A stretch of 40,000 nt of DNA. Origin: Cellvibrionaceae bacterium (GTDB lineage Bacteria > Pseudomonadota > Gammaproteobacteria > Pseudomonadales > Cellvibrionaceae). The stretch covers positions 21,810 through 61,809 of the forward strand of contig JBNKFV010000029.1 of assembly GCA_050289485.1 (NCBI GenBank), written 5' to 3'. Each line of letters starts with the position of its first letter. The first letter of the stretch is position 1. Shown here in pieces: positions 34,001-40,000 of the stretch. The position numbers were made by a program, and so were the translations under genes. Below the pieces are notes generated by a model, which was not told the DNA's origin, did not search any database, and saw nothing but the letters and a program-made list of their open reading frames with translations.

Positions 34001-34187
34001 GGGCCAGCTTGACGGTTCAATCTTCTACACCGTCAATGACAATCTGAAGATTGGTTTCCAGGCTAGCAATATCCTTAATGAAGTCACGAAAACAAACTAC
34101 GTTCTAAATGCAGAAGGTGGGTCTGCGCCGAGAGGTTATTTCACTAACGACCGTCGCTACTCCATTACTGCTCGCATGAAGTTCTAA
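31038..34187 (+). CDS. TonB-dependent outer-membrane receptor (carbohydrate-type)
   Basis: GGAGGAGG SD and a signal peptide. Plug region EEVVVSGIRRSLSTAQDLKRDSDTVIDAITAEDIGALPDMSVNEALQRVPGVAITR. The 1049-aa beta-barrel has a C-terminal aromatic residue (..ITARMKF). Confidence 0.92.
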   Translation: MPKQDQCLRDAISQVLRKLSIGVSTISFVCAAQSGFAQETVNNSTASDAVDSAAVDGMELLEEVVVSGIRRSLSTAQDLKRDSDTVIDAITAEDIGALPDMSVNEALQRVPGVAITRFAAASDTQHFSVEGSGVVIRGLDYVQSQFNGRDTFSADGGRAISFNDVAPELVGSVEVFKNLTADMVEGGISGIVNLNTRKPLDQDGQVIYLSVDSNYGDFSEKASPSVTGLYSNSWDLESGGRVGFLASATSSQLKSRSDSVFVTSVLPRPISDTDTFPVPEGFDRVYAPLGAGVRSQDFDRKRTGYAAAAQFESADQRLLATAQFLRTDGHNAWVEHTTEAAVWYQDVDRTFPAEGTDYTYDENGVFTSGAIRYPDWYHWDNSIGGFNEAFQKNGIPTRFSNRGVVTDSVTDDFSINVKYEVNDRLRTNFDLQYVKSTSKNTDISIETYTYSDMDLDLTGDIAQLDFSQGEFASGETVTSEEYMTDPNSLYFGNAMTNRADNDGEEWAFRIDAEYDLSDDGFFRRARVGLRYADRDQTVRTNDYNNWGAVSQLWTSGGPQTFADIDPSLYEVYSYTNFFRGDSHLPPSANFLRGNVAEEYDTYQQLMRELTAAGGGGYTPLEDRDCVTTKGFFCDNEIYRNTETTDAAYVRIDFAIDELGDGMSFDGNVGLRYVSTETNSYGSSTFPNLDAIKGGYDTVEEYCAAALSDPNPTSSPNAICSLGAAERADIIAYADGSTAANIAKSNYDSWLPSLNLRLGVTEEVNLRFAASKAISRPKFNQLRNFLTQSTATTTSSTEFGGFQISSGTNPYLKPVEAKQYDLTAEWYFSEVGSLTGSLFYKQLDNIILDSGFSQQTYENNGVTQDVLIVGPANTSGKGTVKGYELAYQQTFDFLPGILSGLGMQASYTYIKPSSLPNQPQDGDTTVPYDVEGVQESLPLAQYSEHNVNFTTFYEVDNLSARLAYSWRSEYLLTVQDCCFPFLPVMTDATGQLDGSIFYTVNDNLKIGFQASNILNEVTKTNYVLNAEGGSAPRGYFTNDRRYSITARMKF

Positions 34188-34193
34188 TAAAGT

Positions 34194-34245
34194 GACCCCG
34201 GTTCGCTGTTGTAAGTGAGTCGGGGTCTATCTTGAGTTTTTTATT
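34194..34245 (+). terminator. Possible terminator after the TBDR gene
   Basis: GACCCCG-20 nt-CGGGGTC stem, followed after a gap by TTTTTTATTT. The long loop and the distant T-run make this weak. Confidence 0.35.
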
Positions 34246-34346
34246 TGGTAAGCCGAAAGGCTTTAACAAAACATACCTGCGCTATGTTTCTTGTAGCTTA
34301 GGCATGTACGCTTTTTATTTTCTTTTTGGTGTTAATAAGTTTTTGT

Positions 34347-35276
34347 ATGACTGAATTAGCGGAATATGTTGCGAACTGCGATGCGCATTTGTACGCGGGC
34401 GTTGAACTTGGTGGAACAAAGTGCATTTGTACGCTGGCTTCTGGGCCTGCGCGCATTGTTGAACAGGTTACCTGTTCTACCAAGGGCGTAGAAGAAACCT
34501 TGTCATGGATTGAGACGGTGCTTTCAGGCTGGTGGCAACATGACCAGTTTGCCGGATTAGGTATAGCCAGTTTTGGCCCTGTCGATCTTAGTCCCCACTC
34601 GCCAGGTTTTGGCAAGGTTCTCGCGACCAATAAAAAAGGTTGGGAAGGTGCGGATGTGGCAGGTCGTTTAAGTCGGCCGTTTGATGTGCCGATGGTATTT
34701 GACACCGATGTTAATGGCGCTGCATTAGCGGAGATTATGTGGGGGGCTGGACAGGGCTGCGAAAATTTTGCCTACATCACAGTCGGAACAGGTGTCGGTG
34801 TTGGGCATGTTGTCCACGGCCGCCCGGCAAGAGGTTTGTTGGGGCATAGTGAACTTGGGCATATGCTGGTGCCGCGTTTGGCGGGTGATCAGTGGCCAAG
34901 TGCGTGTGCATTTCATGACAATTGTGTGGAAGGACTGGCTTCGGGCAGTGCCATAAAATCTCGTGTTGGTGCAGCCGGGCTGGATAGTATTCTACCTGAT
35001 GATCCTATTTGGGACGTGGTATGTAGCGGTCTTGTACATCTGTGCCATGCACTGGTTTGTGCGACAGGTCCTGCGCGTATTGTTATGGGTGGTGGCGTTA
35101 TTGATCGGCAGCCACACTTACTGGAGCGTCTAAACGTCATGCTCGAGGAAAGTCTTGGTGGATACATTTTACTGCCTTCAGGTCAGCCCTACATTACCCG
35201 TCCCGGTCTCGGTGATCAGGCGGGGCCACTTGGACCCATTGCCATGGCGCGCAGTGCGGCATTAGTTGTGATTTAA
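34347..35276 (+). CDS. ROK-family sugar kinase (gluco/fructokinase type)
   Basis: GVELGGTKCIC (DxGGT-type phosphate-1 motif), VGTGVGVG, and ELGHMLVP...CAFHDNCVEGLASG (ROK signature with a Zn-site-like Cys/His pattern). There is no HTH, so it is a kinase rather than a regulator. The start is uncertain: TTG 34326, ATG 34347, or an internal TTG. Confidence 0.8.
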   Translation: MTELAEYVANCDAHLYAGVELGGTKCICTLASGPARIVEQVTCSTKGVEETLSWIETVLSGWWQHDQFAGLGIASFGPVDLSPHSPGFGKVLATNKKGWEGADVAGRLSRPFDVPMVFDTDVNGAALAEIMWGAGQGCENFAYITVGTGVGVGHVVHGRPARGLLGHSELGHMLVPRLAGDQWPSACAFHDNCVEGLASGSAIKSRVGAAGLDSILPDDPIWDVVCSGLVHLCHALVCATGPARIVMGGGVIDRQPHLLERLNVMLEESLGGYILLPSGQPYITRPGLGDQAGPLGPIAMARSAALVVI

Positions 35277-35357
35277 GTTTGCTTATCAGCGATTGTCTAT
35301 AACTAAACTACACTCCCGGATTTTATTGGGAGATTTCTCCTACCTGTTACTTATCGT

Positions 35358-36407
35358 ATGCCCAATAAAAAATCATTTTCTATAAAAATTAGTTTGCTGT
35401 TACTTTCGGCAGTTGCCGGGTTTATTTTTCTTAACGGATGCAGCTTGAGTCGTGCAGAATCATTGAGCAGTGATAACGCCACTGCCATCCCCGCATTTCA
35501 ATCGGCGGCGCGGGTGGGGCCATGCGTCAATATGGCCAATCACTTGGAAGCGCCGGTTGAGGGCGCGTGGGGCAGGCCTGTTTCTGAAACTGACTTCGCC
35601 GATATTGCGGCAGCTGGTTTTGCAACAGTTCGTCTTCCGGTGCGCTTTTCAGCGCATGCGCTGAAAAAATTCCCTTACACAATTGACCAGAAGTTTATGG
35701 CCCGCGTGGATCATTTAGTACAGTTGGCGCGTGCATCCGGTTTAAAGGTTATTCTCAATCTACATAACTATGAAGAGTTGTATGCGGACCCTGCTGCTCA
35801 CACTGCAAGGTTTGTCGAAATGTGGCGCCAAATTGCTGAACATTTTAGTCGTCAACCGGCGTCGGTCTGGTTCGAACTTATCAATGAGCCTCACGATGCG
35901 CTAAGGAATCATAATTTACATTCATTGATTGACCCAGCGCTGGTTGTAGTACGTTCAAAAAATCCTACACGGAAAGTCGTGATTGGTGGTGATCACTGGA
36001 GTAATGTGGCGTCGCTGGCAACTCTGGACCTTCCTGACGATCCTAATGTTATTGCCACCTTCCATTATTACGAGCCGTTTAATTTCACCCATCAAGGTGC
36101 AAAATGGATAGTGCCTACACCGCCGATGGGAACGGCGTTTGGAAGTCCGGCAGATATTGACAAGCTGCGGCAGGATGTCGGCAAGGTACAAGCCTATATG
36201 GCACGTACAGGTAAGCCAGTTTTGATGGGAGAGTATGGTGCCTATGAGAGTATTTCTCTCGCTCAGCGTGCTCAGTATTATGGTGCTGTACACAACCAGT
36301 TTCAGCAAGCCGGTATTGATGGTTGTGTCTGGGGCTACACCAACAGCTTTCCAGTGCGTAAAGGTTCAGTGTGGCTCCATGAAATTTTACGGGCCATAGG
36401 GTTGTAG
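35358..36407 (+). CDS. GH5 endo-beta-1,4-glucanase-like lipoprotein
   Basis: Lipobox-like FIFLNGC. GH5 acid/base region VWFELINEPH and nucleophile region VLMGEYGAY. Confidence 0.85.
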   Translation: MPNKKSFSIKISLLLLSAVAGFIFLNGCSLSRAESLSSDNATAIPAFQSAARVGPCVNMANHLEAPVEGAWGRPVSETDFADIAAAGFATVRLPVRFSAHALKKFPYTIDQKFMARVDHLVQLARASGLKVILNLHNYEELYADPAAHTARFVEMWRQIAEHFSRQPASVWFELINEPHDALRNHNLHSLIDPALVVVRSKNPTRKVVIGGDHWSNVASLATLDLPDDPNVIATFHYYEPFNFTHQGAKWIVPTPPMGTAFGSPADIDKLRQDVGKVQAYMARTGKPVLMGEYGAYESISLAQRAQYYGAVHNQFQQAGIDGCVWGYTNSFPVRKGSVWLHEILRAIGL

Positions 36408-36442
36408 TCTGCTGACGGAGCCGCAAGCCACTGGCATCAGTG

Positions 36443-37666
36443 CTATTCAGCTGCGGCCGTGGTTTCTCCCGCTTTCCACAGTGTGCCTGGTTTCGGCAAC
36501 AGAAAATGGCTGAAGGGTAATATTGCAGCCCCTACTGCAGGGGCATCTTCAGATAAACTGGCTCTTACAACCGGGGCTAGAACCGGCACGTTAGACGCTT
36601 TTTCTCTCAGGTATTGATTCATTCGAGTCGAAAATCTGTCGAAATAATAGCTCGGTAGTCGGCCTCCCATAAGAATCGCGGCGGGGTTTATCAGGCAGTT
36701 GATCGCTACCAGTGGATCGGCGAGCGTTTCGACGGCGGTTTCAATCCAATTGTCAACAATCTCTTCTACACGCGGTGGCGTGATAGTGTTGTGCTGCAGA
36801 TTGTTAAGATTAAAACCGGCTTCTTTTAACGGGGCCATAAGGCCAGAGAGCGACACTATATTTTGAATTTGTTCGGTATCGCCATTCGGCTTTTTGGTCA
36901 GTAGAAACCCAAGCTCGCCACTTCTGCCTTCCGCACCACGGAAATAAGCACCGTCAATTACCAGTCCGCCGCCAAGGCCGGATGATAAAAGAATATAGAA
37001 AAAACTATTGTATTTGTGGCCGAGGCCGAGTTGCAATTCGCCCATTGCCGCCGCTGTGGCATCATTTTCGACAAAGATAGGTAAGTCGAGAGGTTCCTCG
37101 AAAAGCTCGGGGATATGGACTGTGTCCCATTCGTTGTAGTTCGCAGGACGGCCAGGCAGGTCTATATGGCCAAGTTCATCCGGAATGGCAACGCCGATGC
37201 CGACAAGCCTGGACGGGTCAATTTGGGCTTCGTCGATTAGTTTTAAAATCGATTTTTGGTAAAGTGCTTTTACATCTTTCGGCAACGCAAAATCGATATC
37301 GTGACTTAGTCGAACAATGGTCTGGCCAAGAAAATCAACAATCACAAACGTAATATGATCGCGGTCCACATTAATGCCGATCGAATAACATGCTTCCCGA
37401 TTAATAATGAGGTTGGTTGGCGGTTGTCCCCGTCCACCCCGCTGCCGGCCTGCTTCGGAAATCAGTCCTTCGGCTTTAAGGCGCTTGGCGATGTTTGCAA
37501 TTGATGGTGCTGTAAGGCCTGTGATTCTGGCGAGCTCTACTCGAGTGAGTGAGCCGTTTACTCTGATAGCGTGCAGTGTGATGCGTTGATTGTGGTCTGC
37601 GACACGTTCCAGGTTAGTGCCAGACAAGCGGATTTTACGATCCACGGACATAGGTTGCGTTCCCAT
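36443..37666 (-). CDS. ROK-family transcriptional regulator (NagC/Mlc/XylR-like)
   Basis: N-terminal winged HTH (RVELARITGLTAPSIANIAKRLKAEGLI) plus a ROK sugar-binding domain (NDATAAAMGE, GLGGGLVIDG, GELGF). ATG at 37651 is an alternative start. Confidence 0.88.
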   Translation of the reverse strand: MGTQPMSVDRKIRLSGTNLERVADHNQRITLHAIRVNGSLTRVELARITGLTAPSIANIAKRLKAEGLISEAGRQRGGRGQPPTNLIINREACYSIGINVDRDHITFVIVDFLGQTIVRLSHDIDFALPKDVKALYQKSILKLIDEAQIDPSRLVGIGVAIPDELGHIDLPGRPANYNEWDTVHIPELFEEPLDLPIFVENDATAAAMGELQLGLGHKYNSFFYILLSSGLGGGLVIDGAYFRGAEGRSGELGFLLTKKPNGDTEQIQNIVSLSGLMAPLKEAGFNLNNLQHNTITPPRVEEIVDNWIETAVETLADPLVAINCLINPAAILMGGRLPSYYFDRFSTRMNQYLREKASNVPVLAPVVRASLSEDAPAVGAAILPFSHFLLPKPGTLWKAGETTAAAE

Positions 37667-37707
37667 CTTTCAAAATCGTTATAGGTGGCATTTTGCCTTC
37701 TGCCTGA

Positions 37708-37744
37708 GTTGCAAACTACCCACTAAAACCGGGCAGTTTGCAAC
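37708..37744. promoter_or_regulatory. Perfect 10-bp inverted repeat (candidate operator or RNA hairpin) upstream of the ROK regulator
   Basis: GTTGCAAACT (37708-37717) and AGTTTGCAAC (37735-37744). Pairing extends to 13 of 14 bp with CCC/GGG. No U-tract follows on either strand. Confidence 0.4.
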
Positions 37745-37898
37745 AAAGTAAAAATGTAACAAATTTCAATTTATATTAAATAAATTGGGTAATTAACGTT
37801 AAGTATGACCTGAATGCCGTTCGATAGGAAATACAATTCCAGCGTTTAAGTTGTTGTATCTTCCATTCCGGTTGACCTCTCCTGCACACTCCGTAGGC

Positions 37899-39182
37899 TC
37901 AATGGGCAACTACCGTTTGGCCCTCTTCCGCAGAGGCATCGTAAATGCGTGCTTTGCCAGCCATGTGAGCAAACAGAGTGATCACGCCATAGGCTGCCAC
38001 TGGCACGATGAAGGCCACGGTTAGTGAGGCGTTGTCTGCAATCACACCCATTAGTACTGGGAGGAAGGCCCCACCTACAATGGCCAGGCACAGTAGCCCG
38101 GATGTTGAAGATTGCGCTATCGGAGCCCGTTGCAGTGTCAGAGTGAAAATAATGGGGAACATGATGGCATTAAACAAGCCCACGGACAGGGCCGCGAAAC
38201 CGGCAACCTGACCACTGCCAAGAAATACGGTCAAGCACAGCGCTGTGGCAATTCCCGCCGCCGCGAGAAGCAGCTTTTCTGCTTTTATACGCATCAGAAT
38301 CATACTGCCGAGGAAGCGTCCAACCAGGGCGCCGCCCCAATATATGTTGGCCAGGTAGCTACCAGCCTGGTCAAGGGGGAGGGCGAGAATATCCTGTTGG
38401 TTCAGGAAATTGATCATAACTGAGCCGATGGAAACCTCTGCGCCAACGTAGAGAAAGATAGCAAGTGCCCCAAAAAGCGCCCAGGGTGACCGCAGGGCTT
38501 CTATCGCAGAGCCACCTGAAATGTTAGAACTGGCGGCAATAGCGCCTTCAATGCGTTTGCGGGACCACCAGATAAAGATGGCAAGAACAGCAATCAATAA
38601 GGCGATCATAAAAAAGGCATGATTGATAGCCGCAAAAGCTTCAGCGATGGCTGCGGGCTCCGTAATGTGTGCGTTGCCGGTTTTAAACACGTCGCCGCCG
38701 AGCATAATCTGTGAGCCGAAATGTACACCCAATACTACGCCCAGCGAGTTAAATGCTTGTGCAAGTGTAAGGCGAAAGTGGCTGCGTTCCGGTGAGCCAA
38801 GGTTGGCAGCCAGAGGGTTGGCGGCAACTTGCAGTGTTGTGATACCTCCGGCAATGACAAAGAGACCCAACAATACAATGCTATACTGCTTTAGCACTGT
38901 CGCTGCCTGGATAATAAAACAGGCCGCTATCATGGCGCCGAGAGCAAGCAGAATGGTTTGTACAGGGCCGCGACGATTCAGCAAGGCTGCAGCCGGTAAC
39001 GAAATAAAACCATAGGCCATGAAAAAGGCGAACTGGGTCATCAGGGCTTCTGTGTAGTTCAGGCTGAATATGGCTCGCAGTGCGGCGATCAGTGGATCGT
39101 TATTGGATGTTATGAAGCCCCAGGCGAAAAATAGTGTGGTGACTGTTATAAAGGCGGCGGTTGCACCTTGTGAATTTTTCAT
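37899..39182 (-). CDS. MFS glucose/galactose (GluP/FucP-family) transporter
   Basis: The N-terminus FITVTTLFFAWGFITSNNDPLIAALRAIFSLNYTEALMTQFAFFMAYGFISLPAA is characteristic of FucP/GluP-type sugar:H+ symporters. About 12 TM segments. Confidence 0.85.
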   Translation of the reverse strand: MKNSQGATAAFITVTTLFFAWGFITSNNDPLIAALRAIFSLNYTEALMTQFAFFMAYGFISLPAAALLNRRGPVQTILLALGAMIAACFIIQAATVLKQYSIVLLGLFVIAGGITTLQVAANPLAANLGSPERSHFRLTLAQAFNSLGVVLGVHFGSQIMLGGDVFKTGNAHITEPAAIAEAFAAINHAFFMIALLIAVLAIFIWWSRKRIEGAIAASSNISGGSAIEALRSPWALFGALAIFLYVGAEVSIGSVMINFLNQQDILALPLDQAGSYLANIYWGGALVGRFLGSMILMRIKAEKLLLAAAGIATALCLTVFLGSGQVAGFAALSVGLFNAIMFPIIFTLTLQRAPIAQSSTSGLLCLAIVGGAFLPVLMGVIADNASLTVAFIVPVAAYGVITLFAHMAGKARIYDASAEEGQTVVAH

Positions 39183-39483
39183 CGTTATAGTCTCTATTAT
39201 TTAATAATTGTCGCTATTATTGAGTTTGTCGACAGCTTGGGACGGCCCAGGCTTCTTGCATCGCCTTAATAATACATTAAATAAATTTAAAATATTTAAA
39301 ATATTATTTGAAATTTGTCGTTTAGGTGGCGTTTTAAATATCCCTTTGCCCATACATCCTTTCTCGTACCGTGCGTTTTTCTTGCTTGTTGATTAAATAA
39401 AATAAATTTATATAATATTGAGAATAATAATCGAAGGCCGATATTTCACTGCAGGACAGGTCGGCGTAACAGGAGAAAATCGT

Positions 39484-40000
39484 ATGCGGCGCATATTACT
39501 ACCCGTTGTTATCAGTGGGGTTGCATTGGGTTTTGGCGCTGTACAGGCCGCAGAGCAGGTGATCCCTAATAATGGCGGGCCCTATAACGCTGCATTTATG
39601 CCTGGCGGAATTGGAATTAGTCGTGATTTGCCTGCAGATTCTGGTCTTCTGGCGGAGGGCGCGCCTTTTAGTATGGTTGCCTGGGTACGTCCCGATTCTT
39701 TGCAAAAGGGGGTTGTGACCTTGGTTGCTCTGGGGGATCCCGCCGCATGCCGCTGCCTGGCGCTCAAAGATGGAAGACCGGTTTTTATTCAGGGTAATAA
39801 AGCGCTGGTGTCAGGCAGACCGCTTAATCCGGGGCAGTGGACCCACGTCGCGCTATCGTCCAATGGCAAAATAGCGAGGCTCTATATTAATGGTCGCCAG
39901 GCCGATAAAGGTAGGCTACGTGAGAGTGCAGTATCCGCCCATATCGCTATTGCTCCGGTTCGCAGTGGACGCCCGCATTTCGGCGGTAAGCTGGTTGACG
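39484..40000 (+). CDS. Secreted LamG/concanavalin-A-like domain protein. This is the N-terminal part; the 3' end lies outside the window.
   Basis: AGGAG SD and signal peptide MRRILLPVVISGVALGFGAVQA|AE. LamG-type pattern FSMVAWVRP...GQWTHVALSSNGKIARLYINGRQ...FGGKLVD. The frame is open to the window end, so it is absent from the ORF track. Confidence 0.7.
   Translation, partial: MRRILLPVVISGVALGFGAVQAAEQVIPNNGGPYNAAFMPGGIGISRDLPADSGLLAEGAPFSMVAWVRPDSLQKGVVTLVALGDPAACRCLALKDGRPVFIQGNKALVSGRPLNPGQWTHVALSSNGKIARLYINGRQADKGRLRESAVSAHIAIAPVRSGRPHFGGKLVD

Noticed and set aside
1-40000. Scanned for CRISPR arrays, tRNA/rRNA genes and long direct repeats.
   Set aside because: I saw no regularly spaced direct repeats, no cloverleaf-compatible segments and no rRNA-like stretches by eye. 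The only repeat families found are the riboswitch pair, the IS termini, the attC-like sites and the AT-rich 12-mer reported above.

Overview
This is a 40-kb chromosomal window from a Gammaproteobacterium. Gene content suggests a marine or plant-polysaccharide degrader of the Cellvibrionales/Alteromonadales type, but that placement is inference only. 1-12.7 kb holds a class-III aminotransferase plus mmsA catabolic pair, an orphan hybrid histidine kinase, and gcvP. It also holds the most notable feature: two paralogous c-di-GMP-I (GEMM-I) riboswitch aptamers in opposite orientation on either side of gcvP. The minus-strand aptamer (7351-7433) leads into an uncharacterised membrane-anchored protein. 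The plus-strand aptamer (10891-10967) leads into a tightly packed PilZ / uracil-DNA-glycosylase-superfamily / Nudix operon. 13-16 kb is a signalling patch with two I-site-bearing GGDEF cyclases, a DEDDh exonuclease and a Csr/Rsm-type GGA-repeat sRNA preceded by a GacA/UvrY-like box. 16.4-20.3 kb is a small accessory island. It starts with an internally deleted Tn5-like (IS4-family) element. Three one-gene cassettes follow (alpha/beta hydrolase, DUF3291, MAPEG), each ending in TAACAAA and followed by attC-like imperfect palindromes, with no integrase in the window. One cassette junction is occupied by a group IIC intron whose 5' ribozyme part looks far too short. 20.3-40 kb is a TonB-dependent beta-glucan-type utilisation locus: SASA esterase, GPH symporter, GH1, a small secreted protein, three tandem tryptophan-halogenase-like flavoproteins, a TBDR, a ROK kinase, a GH5 lipoprotein, a ROK regulator, a GluP/FucP-type MFS transporter and a LamG protein. 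An AT-rich 12-mer recurs in its intergenic regions. I saw no rRNA, tRNA or CRISPR array.
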